NCBI RefSeq assembly: GCF_009914755.1
Contig: NC_060939.1
Strand: one strand, 5' to 3'
Origin: the human T2T-CHM13v2.0 reference genome, Homo sapiens
DNA length: 64,000 nucleotides
Shown: one piece after another, positions 1 through 11,570 of the stretch
Layout of the letters: each line of letters begins with the position of its first letter
Numbering within the stretch: position 1 is the stretch's first letter
Translations under genes and position numbers: made by a program
Notes under the pieces: generated by a model
Told to the model about the DNA's origin: nothing
What the model saw: only the letters and a program-made list of their open reading frames with translations
Database searches by the model: none

Positions 1-609
1 CTACCACCTAGAATTACACTATCCCTTCCTGCAGGTCCTTCTGACCTGGGAGTCCTCTGGAGCTCCCTGAGATGTGGGGTGGATGCAAATCTCTGCAGAG
101 ATGCTGGTGTTCCAGCTTGCCCAGACGTGCCATGCAGCCACTCCCCTCTTGGGTCGTGTCATTTCAGTGCCAGTGCCACAGACAAGCAGGCCATGAGGGA
201 CAGCAGGATTTTTTCCTGCTTTCAGAGACCTCTATCCATTCTTTGCTTCTGTGCTCCTTCCCCAGCCCAGGGGAATCTCTTTTTAGTCTGAGTGAGATCA
301 ACTTCCCTTTTCTGCTCTTTAAGGCACTCAGTCCATCCCTAGAATCTCTCATTCCCGAAGGCCATAGGCTTTTGGAACACACAAGTCAGAGACAGTTTCA
401 GGTAATTTATTTTCTGCTCTGCCTAAACGTCTGCTGGATATCAAACATGCAAGACTCATTACTTGCCTGAATCCGGGAAGGGAGAGTTAATATCTTAAAA
501 TATTATAGGTCTAGTGCCTAGGAGGAAACAATTAGATATTGGGGCTGGTCTTATCAGGGATGGCAGATGTTACAGGACTTTAGGGGATATTAATTCCTTA
601 TGATTGTAA

Positions 610-1017
<408 letters not shown>

Positions 1018-1207
1018 TGTTCCCTTTTAACAAGAAATGAAGTAGCATTTTAGAGCCCCTCTGCCTCTCTGAGACTTTTAAAAATGTATCTTTGACCAAG
1101 ATTGGGTCACATAGCACAGGAAGCAGGAAAAGCCAACATTGGGTTTCCAGCCTCAATGTGGGGAGACAGCAAGTGAGAAGCGATGAGGCGTGCTGTTGGG
1201 TTAGCCC

Positions 1208-1330
1208 ATCTTAGTCTGGGTTCCCCCAGAAGCAGATCCTGAAACAGGGCTTCAAAAGCAAGTGGTTTGTCTGAGTGTGAAGTAAAGCCTGGTAAAGTCA
1301 TGGGAAAGTGAGATGAAAAGGAGAAGCCAC
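1208..1330 (-). mobile_element. Old MaLR (MLT1-type) LTR fragment
   Basis: TCTTAGTCTGGGTTCCCCCAGAAGCAGATCCTGA resembles an MLT1 terminus. Confidence 0.5.
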
Positions 1331-1334
1331 GTAT

Positions 1335-1762
1335 ATAGCCCGGGTTCCCTGAAGAAACACAGTCAATAGGGAATATTTATATAAAATATACACATATATT
1401 ATATATATGAAGAATTGATTCACATGATTTTGCAGGCTGAGAAATCCAAGATCTGCAGTTGGCAAGCTGGAGACCCAGGAGAGCTGATGGTGTAAGGTCC
1501 AGTCTGAGTCCACATCTGAAGGCAGAAGACTGATGTCCCAGCTCAAAGACAGTCAGGCAGAGAGAATTCTTTCTTACCTAGCCTTTGTTGTATTCAGGCC
1601 TTCAATGAACTGGATAAATCCTACCCACATTGGGAGGGAGCCTTCTGCTTTACTCAGTCCACTAATTCAAATGTTAATCTCATCCAGAAACACCATCACA
1701 GACACATCCAGAATAATATTTAACCAAATGTCTGGGCACCCCATGGACTAATCGCATTGACC
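1335..1762 (-). mobile_element. MLT2-type (ERVL) solo LTR
   Basis: GAATTGATTCACATGATT...GCAAGCTGGAGACCCAGGAGAGCTGATGG...CAGAAACACCATCACAGACACATCCAGAATAAT, typical of MLT2. Confidence 0.85.
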
Positions 1763-2744
1763 AGGACAGAGGGCATTTGTCAGTTTGGCTACCACCATGG
1801 GCAGCCAGCTCTTAATCCTGGTGGATTGACTTCAAGATCTATTGAAAAATATAGACTGGTCCTATCTCACTTTTACCAATCATTGGTTGAGGGCTGCTGG
1901 GGATTGAAATCCCTGTTACTCTGTCCTGCTCACGACCTGGCAGATGGGCTTTGGCCTGAGGATGCCTGCAGGCAAAGCAATGCAGGTGCTGGCCATCGGA
2001 AGTCTGAAGGTTGCTCTTTAGTAGTAAGATGAGGGGATAGGAGTGGGCACTGATGGTATCGGTGGCCCCAGCTGACAGGATCCACCCCACAGGGTATAGT
2101 AAAACAGTTGGGTGATCCGTAAATGCTTCTTGATCTTTTAAAAAATTAAGAGCTGGTGATTGATTCTAAGTCTCAGATGTTTTGACCTGTAGGACTTTAT
2201 CTCAGAAGAGAAACTTGAGTTCTTAGGACATTTTCTGTGGGCACAACCTACCAAAGAAAGAATGAGGATCTTGTGAGGAGAATCTGAAGTAATTGAACTG
2301 TAGACTTTACAACCTGAATCACTGGGAGCCACGCTCTTAGTCTCTCCATCTTGGACATGGTTTGGCACTTAAAGGGAGGGCAGATCCCATTGTCTTATGT
2401 AGCTTTCAAATTCAACCTTGGCCAAGGTGGTGCTATCTGTTGTCCTCATGTGAGAAAGCTGAGGCTCAGGGAAGGATTTGCCCAAGTCATCCAGCTTCAA
2501 ACATCAGCATAGAACCCAGGGAAGCCTGACAATAAAACTGGTACCTGTTCCATGATACTTGCTGGTTCCCTCCCAAGAAGATGACCTTTCAAATGTGTCA
2601 TAGAAATTAATAATGGTATAATTATATGCCACTTCTTGTGCTGACTCACGTCCAGGCCAGTGGCAGAAAGTTCTTCTGATGGGAGTATGTAGCGCTGACC
2701 CTCTGATATCCTCTCTTTCTGTCTCTGTCTTTCTGTCTGTCTCT

Positions 2745-3043
2745 CTTTATTTGTTTATTTTTTGACAGAGTCTCACTCTGTCACCCAGGCTGGAGTGCAA
2801 TGGTGCGATCTTGGCTACTGCAACCTCCACCTTCCAGGTTCAAGTGATTCTCCTGCCTCAGCCTCCCAAGCAGCTGGGATCCAGGTGCCCACCACCACGC
2901 CCAGCCAATTTTTTGTATTTTTTTTAGAAGAGATGGTGTTTTGCCATGTTGGCCAGGCTGGTCTCGAACTCCTGACCTCAGGTGATCCACCTGCCTCGGC
3001 CTCCCAAAGTGCTGGGATTACAGACGTGAGCCACCACGCCCGG
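2745..3043 (-). mobile_element. Alu (AluSx-type)
   Basis: Full dimeric Alu, antisense. Confidence 0.97.
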
Positions 3044-4169
3044 CTTCTGTCTGTCTCTCTATCACTCTTTGGTCAGGTGTATACAGCTGTTGGTAGGGTT
3101 TGGTGTCATATTCCTGAGTCAATCAAGTCAGCTCATGCTGGGCTGAACCATATTCTTGAGGTATTGATATTTCCTCCTGAATTATTAACTTTCAGGTAGC
3201 TGCTAATATCTGTGTTGGAAAAACATAAGTTGCAAATAAAACTTGGCTCTCTTTTGTCCTTCTGTTATTAAAATTAATACACACTTGGATTTGTTTGTGA
3301 ATGCCCCTCTTCTTCTTTGGACTTGCTCCTGATCCCTAGCTCCTGCTGGGAGGAGGACCAGCTGTCCATATTTCTGCCCCAGTGTCTGCTTCCATAAGCA
3401 GATGGGTGGGCACAAATTGTAAGGAAACGAATTCCATCATATTTTCTGTCCTGGGAATTTAGTTCTGAGGCTCTGAGAGACTGAAATAGTCATACTGTGG
3501 CAAATCATGCCACAAAATCATGTCTGAGCCTTAGATATGGGTGCAGAGGAGCTTGTAGTGAGCAGAGAGCAGGCAGATGCTTGTGAGGAAGCAGAGACAA
3601 GAGAACAGATGGCTCCATGGGGAAGGAGTTTTGAATTCTGCACCCCCACCCCTCTGCTCCTGGGCTAGACTTTCCTCCCCTTGCCTAGGAGACTCATATG
3701 ATTATGATGAAAGAAACCCCCTTACGCGTGTAGCCTGGGAGGGGGCATGGGTTCCTTTTCATCCAGATGATCCTCAGTCAAGATGATTTAGGTGAGAGCC
3801 TGTGGGCTTTGACCATGGAGCTGCCTCACCATGAGCGTGGAGCTCTGCCCTGTGCTGAGATGGAAGACTAACAGTTAAGCACATGTGTGCACATTCAAGC
3901 CTGTGTGTCTATTCACAAAACTGATCAGGGCCAAAACTCCCCATTGAAACAAAACAAAAGCACAACCATCTGAAGAGAAAAACCATGTCATTAATGGTTA
4001 CACAGAAAAATTGAGTCAAATTACCAGGTGGCTTCCATAGAAAAGTTAAACTGCAGCTTTATAATTTGGTCATAATATCCCCAGGGAGCCTGTTGTGATT
4101 TATTTGCTTGTTTATTTTGAAAGATAAAGAGTACCTCCAAAAGCCTGAATAACAAAAGTTAAATATAAA

Positions 4170-4800
4170 CCACTTTAGCCTAATCAGCCTGAGACCACTA
4201 AGGACCAATCTACAGCCCAAGAAAGTCAGATTTATTGATCCATTTTCATGATGGAGGCTGCATGCCTGAAGGGCCATTGGACATCTCACCAAACACAGGG
4301 AAAGATAGAATTATTCTACAGTTTTCAAGAAGGCTAAAATTTAGGTAAAATGAAAATAAAGCTTAAAAGCAAAGCAGTGCTGGGTATAGAGGGGTCTGGA
4401 CTGTAAATTGAACCCAGGCTCCCATTTCCTTGGAAATGACAAGGTTAAGGTAAATGTGAGTGTTTTCGTCAGAAACCCCTTATATGAAGCTTTGTATCTG
4501 GGCTGGAAATCAAAGCTGCTTCTCTGTGTCAAAGTGACTTAGGTCTTCCAGGCAAGAGTGAGATGGTTCATTCTTACTCATACAATTTCCAACAGTGAAG
4601 TTTCTGATAGTCACTGATTTTAGATATCAAGGCTTTTCAGGATGCAAGAAAACAGTAGTTACTCAAAGAAGGTTATTATGTGTGGTGTGTCCTTGGTAGA
4701 AATATCATTTCCTGGTATACTTTGCAAGTAGCTTTATCTATGTCTGTTATCCCAGCCTGATGAATGTCAGGACAAATGTTTATTTTGTCAATCTGAGTTA
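4170..4800 (-). mobile_element. Probable ERV1 (MER4-group) LTR, diverged
   Basis: AGATTTATTG (minus-strand AATAAA) near the left end, followed by LTR-like sequence; family uncertain. Confidence 0.4.
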
Positions 4801-4810
4801 ATTTTTACTC

Positions 4811-4913
4811 TTTTTTTTTTTTTTTGCCAAAGAGTGAGCAGCAGCAAGATTTATTGCAAAGAGCAAAAGAGCAAAGCTTCCACAGTGTGGAAGGGGACCC
4901 AAGCGGGTTGCCC
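4811..4913 (-). mobile_element. L1-mediated retrocopy of an LTR12 (ERV9) R-region RNA
   Basis: Minus strand reads GGGCAACCCGCTTGGGTCCCCTTCCACACTGTGGAAGCTTTG...GCAATAAATCTTGCTGCTGCTCACTCTTTGGC plus A15; TSD TTTTTACTCTTT at 4802-4813 and 4916-4927. Confidence 0.85.
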
Positions 4914-5588
4914 AGTTTTTACTCTTTAAAAAAATCGTTGAGGCTCTTTGCGAGAGAATGAGTCAATGTTCTTTGTTTTTTCCAGAACTTGTGAATAGAT
5001 TTTTGTAAAACTTGTGAGAACTCACAGCTATTCTCTATGAACACACATGGTTAATGGTGTTTGGAGGAGCTGGGTGGGAGCTGCCAGCTTTGCTGATATC
5101 GCAGCTGGGATTTCCCAGCCTTGAGAGGTGGCATAACACAGGGCACTGTTCCCACCTTTGAGTCTCTTGGGCTTCACTTTCCTGATCTTTTTCCATATGA
5201 GGGAACATGTATTATTATTTACTTAATTTTTAAGAAGTGAATTTACATCTTGTCCTTAAATAGATGCATTACAAAGTAAAGCTTTTAATCACTGCCATAA
5301 CAGGAAAAACAGTATTGCTTTCATATATTCAAAGTAACCATAGGAAAGAAATTAAATGATACCTGGTATCACTTCTTTTTATCATCTATTGCTTGTCAAA
5401 TTGTGTAAGATTGGCTTGTGTTACCTTTAAAAAAGGGAATGTGGGGTGAGGAAGATATTAGCAAAGGTCAGAAAGGAAACAGAAAGGAAAGAGGTTTTCT
5501 TTCTGAGCTTCCTTTCATCCCACAGCACCAACTAAGACTTTCTCCATGATTAGATAGATAAAAGAGTTAAAAGAGGAGACTCATACCA

Positions 5589-6028
5589 TGTATCTTAGTC
5601 CATTTTGTACTGCCATAACAAAATACCTGAGACCGGGCAATTTACAAACAATAGAAATCTATTTCTCACAGTTCTGGAGGCTGAGGAGTCCATGATCATG
5701 GTGTCAGCAGATTCGTGTCTGGAGGGGGAATCTCTGCCTCCTAGTTGGTGCCTTCCAAGATGGTGCTGGGTTCTCATGTGATGGAAATGGTGAACTCTGC
5801 CCTGACATGCAGAAGGGCTAAAGGGATGAATGCTGTGTCCTTATATGGCAGGAGAGATGGAGGGATCAGGCAGCTCTCTGAAGCCTCTTTTAGAAGAGCA
5901 TTAATCCCATTCACAAGGTGGAGCCCTCGTGACTTACTTACTTCACCTCCACCTCTTAATACTATCACCTTAGGGGTTAAGTTCCAACGTATGACTTTTG
6001 GGGGGACAAATACATTCGAACCATAGCA
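5589..6028 (-). mobile_element. MaLR solo LTR (MST/MLT1A-type)
   Basis: TGTATCTTAGTCCATTTTG...TTTCTCACAGTTCTGGAGGCTG...ACATTCGAACCATAGCA. Confidence 0.88.
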
Positions 6029-6169
6029 GCAGGATTCACTATTGGACCACGTCACATCATCTCTGGTGCCAGCGTCACTGTGTGTCCCACCCTTGGGAAA
6101 CTAGCATTGCATCTCGGGAGCTCTGGCTGCTCGGCCACAGGCTCAGGATGGAATCAGGTGCCACCACGT

Positions 6170-6325
6170 TTTAGGTCTGTGACCTTGGGGCAGGCATTTA
6201 GCTTCCCCAAGGCTCAATTTCCCCATCCCTCATGGGGATAGTAGTTGTTATTACCTCGTATGATTGCTTTGAGGATTTAATAAGCTGATTCATGGAAAAC
6301 TGTTAGCACCATGTCTGTCATAGAC
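6170..6325 (+). mobile_element. MIR
   Basis: CTGTGACCTTGGGGCAGG...CTCAATTTCCCCATC core. Confidence 0.7.
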
Positions 6326-6730
6326 AGTTTTCCACAGCTCTGAGCTCTGATGCTGAGATAAGCTTGTGTCATGCACCTGCCAAGGGCCGGTGCCTGGGTG
6401 GATTTTAGAGGTCACATCTGGGTCACAAAGGATGTCCATCCAAATGGACCAGGAGGGGGAAGTCAAGCTGACTGCTGAGGGTCAGTTCCTATTGTGTCAA
6501 GTGGTAAAGTCAGGCTGGAGACAAGGGTCAAAGAATTATGTGAGGGCAGGGGCAGGGGCAGGGGCAGGGGACAGTAACACAACATCTGCCAAGAGTCAAG
6601 ACACAGCCTCTCTGCAAATGTAGGCAGGCCATGCTGAGGTGTGTCTGAGGTTTCTCTAGTCTCCTGTGGTCTGAGGGGGGACATCCCAACTAAGGGAGAC
6701 ACAGCTTCTCTAATCCTAGCTCCCAAGAGA

Positions 6731-7014
6731 CAGTTATAGGGCCACTGTTCTCATCTCTGGAAAAAGACTATAGAATAATGTAAAGAGACTCTTTTGTAAG
6801 GGTCTCTTTATATTATTTTATAGTATAAATGTTAATTTATAATATAAATTATTTTATATCAATATATTAATATTTGATATTAATTTATATTATAAAATTA
6901 TATTATAGATTATAAATATAAATTATATTATAAAATTATATTATAAAGTAATATAAAGATACTTTTTTATAGACCAGTTTAGGGCCACTGGTCTCATCTC
7001 TGGAAAGAGACTAT
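6731..7014. repeat. ~40-bp direct duplication (6731-6771, 6975-7014) flanking an AT-rich filler that contains a hairpin
   Basis: CAGTTATAGGGCCACTGTTCTCATCTCTGGAAAAAGACTAT vs CAGTTTAGGGCCACTGGTCTCATCTCTGGAAAGAGACTAT; inverted arms 6767-6790 and 6801-6824. Confidence 0.9.
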
Positions 7015-7282
7015 TTGGATGTCATGCATTCATCTTTTTGTAGGCCTACTATGTGCCGGATGCAGTGCCAGGCACTAGACATGGTAGCACAAAAACATGG
7101 TTGGCCAGGAAGGCTTAGGGTCAGGGGTCCAGGAGATACTAAGATTAAGTGACAGAAATGGAATATTAGACAGGCAGATTGTGGAAGGAGCAGGGAGGGA
7201 CACAGGATGGGCAGAAGCCCGGACCCCACTTGGCTGTGTAGCGTCAGGTATTGATCTCAGCGTCTGTCCATGTCCTCCTGCT

Positions 7283-7630
7283 GTGGGATGAATATGACCT
7301 TATTTAGATACGGGGTTTTTGCAGACGTAACCAAGTTAATTTGAGGTCATAGTGGATTAGAGTGGGCCCTATTCCAATGACTGGTGTCCTTATAAGAAAA
7401 GGAAAATTTGAATACAGAGACACACACAGAGGGAAGATGGCCACGTGATGACAGAAGTAGAGATTGGAGCAATGAAGCTGCAAGGTATGGGCTGTCCACA
7501 GGAAGAGGCAAGGCAAGATTGTTCCTTTGGAGGGAGATGGCCCTGCTGACATCTTGATTTTGACTTCTAGGGTCCAGAAATGTGAGAGAGGAAATTTCTG
7601 TTGTTTTAAGCCACCCAGGTTTGCAGTACC
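7283..7630 (+). mobile_element. MLT1B/C-type MaLR LTR
   Basis: GACCTTATTTAGATACGGGGTTTTTGCAGACGTAA...AAATTTCTGTTGTTTTAAGCCACCCAG. Confidence 0.85.
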
Positions 7631-10271
7631 CAAGAGCATGGTTCCTTGGGGAGGTGCCTGTGAGCAGGATGACTGAGTAAACAAGTAAACTTGTTTACTG
7701 ATGACTCAGTAAACGAGTGGACTGAGGTCTCTGCCTTTCTGTGCCTATTACTGATTTTTTGTTATTGATGAGTCCCTTTCCTCAAACTCCTGAATATCCC
7801 AAAGTACCGCTTCTGGCCCCATCCCTGGGACTCTGATTCTTCCCACTCATGGACAACTCTCCTTCCAGCTCCACCTTTCACTATCCAAGAGAAGCCATAG
7901 AAAATAGAAGGCAGGAGCCCTGGAGCAAAATGGGGAAAGGGAAGGGCGTGGTTAAGGTAGGAGGAGTAACCTGCAGGGGAGGAAGAAGGTGTAAGGAATG
8001 GAATCCTTTTCTGCAGAGTCAAGAGCAGACCACTTGTGTTTCAGGATCCTATGCCGGTGAGTATTAACTGTAGATGGACGTGGTACTGACACACCAGTTC
8101 TTTCCCAGCTTAGCCATCTTCTCTGCCTGGTCACCAGCATGTGGCTTTAGAAATACTTCTTGCTTAAATGGCAGATCAAATAATTTTATTCAATGTTTAC
8201 CTAGATCCTGGGGCAAGAAACCAGCATTCCTTGTATAGATTTTGCTTCCTGGCCTCTTCTGGACCCCAAGATGCAGGAGAGGACTTTCTGTCTGAGTCCA
8301 TGGATCAGGGCATGTGGCCAGAGGTCTCGTGTCTCATGACTGAGTGTTTTACCAGAGACCCGAGGGTCAGGGCTGGGGACTGATTTCTCTCTCCGCTGCT
8401 TGTTGCAGGAGGATGCCCTACTCCCTCACAATAGCCTTTATGAAAAGAAAAAAAACTGGTGAGTCAAACTGCATTTTATCTAAAGAGGAAGCTTAAAATA
8501 ATCTGAGCCATTTGACAAAACTAGAAGGATCAGATCTCAGGTTTTTGATCTTATGTGGGTGGTCATTGTTCCAGACCGTTAAGGTAGATAGTTGTCTGGA
8601 CTCAGTGGAACCTCATGCATTTTAAGAGTCCCTGAAACCCACGTGGCCACTCTGTAGACTTACATTTACCGTGACTCTCAACACCATATTCTCTCTTTCC
8701 AAGAAATCATGGGCCCAGACATTGATGTTCTGATGAGCTGATATAGAAATAAATTTCAGGCAGAGGGGTTTGGTTGGAGAGAAGCAAGAAGGTCAAGCAG
8801 AAACAAGGAATGGAAAAGTGTTTTATGTTCGTGTCAGAGGAGCTTCCAGATCACTCCAGGCTGGGGCTTGGGGATGAATGTCTCATAGGGACTTGACTTC
8901 AAGACCCAGGGACTTAAAAGTAGACATTTAGGAAAAGAAATGCCTCAGTAAGCTTGCATTCTCTGTGCCAAATTGTAAGGAAAGGGTATAGATAGGCTTC
9001 TTTCCTTCCTTCCCTAGAGTGGGACAAGAGGCCCAGTGTGACTCCACGGACTTCTTAGAGATGGGTTCTCTTGTGCAGGGCCACTTGATGAACACGTGCA
9101 CCTCAAAAAGGCTAATAAGAGATTTGGGGAATTCCAGTGTCGGAGAGGTGTGACTCAGCCAACCGAAAACATTTTAAGCACCAGATTCGTGAAAGCTCAG
9201 AAAAATCAAGCTCTAGCCTTAAACAAAATGGCAGGTAGGAATCAGGAGCTGAAGCCAAGGGTATGGTAATGGGAGAAAGTCCAGCAGCCTGGGAGCAGGT
9301 TAGTGATGGGAAGCTGCGCAGGAGAGACCCATGCTAATAGCTCTAGGCTGCCAGCCTTCATGGCCATTGGCCTGGCTTAAACATACATACAGGGTCAAGC
9401 ATTCATCCCTTTCTGGAAATCTCTAGTTGAAAACAAACTCAGACAAATCATTTTCTATCAATTTAGAGTGAAAACCAAAATCCCCAGAGTAACTCAATAT
9501 CACCTGCCTTGATCACTTCCTGGAAAACCTCCAGGGTGCAGTATCTTTGCAACCCATTGTTCTCAGGCATAAACTTCTCTGGCTTATAAACCACATGGAG
9601 AACAATCTACCTCCTTTTTGTGGGCTGCTAATTGCAATTTTTGTTTTTACGTAAAGTGTCGGGACAGATGCTTTATTCAGAAAGTAAAGCCTCAGATAAA
9701 CAGATGTGTAGGCGCAAGCTCATTGCTTGCTGCCCAGGGCTCTCTATAGCTGCATTTGACTCCCAGCTGTAGACTAAGTCAGTCAGGGAATGGTTAAGGC
9801 CCTGTGCGTATCAAACACTGAAATCATGGGAGCAGGTTAAAGAGGGGGAAGCTGAGCTTGGAAATGCAAAGTAGGATTTGGGAAGGATTTTTACCTTTTT
9901 CCCATTTCTACTCGTCAAAGTCTGCAGAACCTTCCGGGAAGCATGTCCTGGAGTGATTGGGAGTCAAATCACTTGGGATGCACAGGGAAGGAATGGTTTC
10001 TGTCTTAGATAATCTCTGTGAGGCTCCAAGAAAAAGGTGTGAAATCAAGGGAGGTGTCCTAGATCAACAGAAGGATGGGTTCAAAGCCCCATGGGAGACC
10101 CAGCTGCTTTGTTCCTCTTTTTCCTTCTCTTCTCTACCTGCCCATCCCCCACAAGAGGAAATGTTAACATTTCCCTCATTTCTTCCTGGCTGTAGGATAA
10201 TTTTGGCCAGAGTAACAATCTTAAAACATAGCCTTCTTTGTGATGCTCTCTCGATAAAAAATAATGAAACA

Positions 10272-10625
10272 AATGCTTTTGCTGCTTACAATATGTTAGG
10301 CACTGTTTTAAGCTCTTTGCACATTCTAAGTCATTTATTTCTCACAACAACACTGTGATGCAGATGCCATTATCATCCCTGTTTTAGAGAGGGAGGGGAG
10401 AACTGAGGCATAGGGAGGTTAATTAACTTGTACCAGGTCATAGTGCTAAGTGGCAGAGCCAGGATTTGAACCTAGAATCTAGATCAAGATCCGTGCTTTT
10501 TTCTCCACTCTGCCTATAGGACAAAGAACAAGTGTATTAGTCTGGCATTCAGTGTCTTCCACCACCTGAGCCCTGTCTACTTTGTCCTTTGTGTATACTT
10601 CAAAATACTCTGTGTGCCTCCCACA
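10272..10625 (+). repeat. Donor copy of a 354-bp dispersed duplication (contains an antisense MIR)
   Basis: Aligns end to end with 14269-14623 at ~94% (hand count ~21 differences). Confidence 0.95.
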
Positions 10626-10818
10626 GACCAGGAGATTTCTTAGCTCCACCTAGAGAGTTCCCTCTGACCTTCTAGGTCTGTCTGGTTCCAGGAATGCAGG
10701 TGGGGAGCACTGGTTTTGGATTCAGGGGATTTGGTTGAGTCCCCATTTTGTTCTGACCTCTGTATGTCCATGGGCCTATGGGCTTCCCTCTCTTGTCCTC
10801 AGTTTGTTTACCTGTTTC

Positions 10819-10970
10819 TGTGGTTTGGATATGGTTCGTTGGTCCTCACCAAAGCTCATGTTGAAATTTGACTCCCAATGTGATGGTGTTGGGAGATGGG
10901 GCCTAATGAGAGGTGTTTGGGTCAAGAGGGCTCTGCCCTTGTTGGGTGTCTTGGTGCTGTTGTCTCAATA
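10819..10970 (+). mobile_element. MST-type MaLR LTR 5' fragment between MIR fragments
   Basis: TGTGGTTTGGATATGGTT...CTCATGTTGAAATTTGACTCCCAATG. Confidence 0.75.
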
Positions 10971-11371
10971 ATAAGTTCTCTCTCTGGCAAGACATGGGTT
11001 TCAGCACTTGTTCTTCCCCTTCCTAGATGTGTGACTTTGGGCAAGTTACTTAACTCTTGTCATCCAAATTTTATTCTCTAATCTGGGCTAGTGGGATTAC
11101 AAGGTGATGGAGGACCCTTGAATGAATGAATGAGGCAATATGTGGTTTTATTTATTTGTTTTGCAGAGAGCTCACTTTGGAGTAGCACAAACGAAGGATT
11201 AGAGGGGAACAATCCAGGAAGCGGAGTGACCAGTTAGGATGCTGTTGTAGTCAGTGTACATGATGTGGCTTTGTAGTTAGTGACAAGAGTGCCTGTCTTG
11301 TTGGGCTAGTGGGGTAGGGGAGGGGGTGCTGATTAAGGCCTAGAGAAAGGGTGGCCTTTTCTTTTATTTTC

Positions 11372-11570
11372 CCTTTTCTCTTCTCTTCTCTTCTCTTCTC
11401 TTCTCTTCTCTTCTCTTCTCTTCTCTTCTCTCCTCTCCTCTCCTCTCCTCTCCTCTCCTCTCCTCTCCTCTTCTCTCTTCTCCTCTTTTTTCTCTCTCTG
11501 CCTCTCCCTGTCTCTCTCTCTTGCTCCCTGTCTCCTCCCTCCCTTTGTTCTTTCCTCTCTTCCTTCTTTC
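11372..11570. repeat. (CTCTT)n/(CTCCT)n polypyrimidine microsatellite
   Basis: Directly visible pentamer arrays; source of spurious ORFs 11351-11806 and 11364-11585. Confidence 0.97.

Noticed and set aside
2762-3199. Recurring '[13 protein letters not shown]' and '[14 protein letters not shown]' ORFs across the window
   Set aside because: Translations of antisense Alu sequence, not genes
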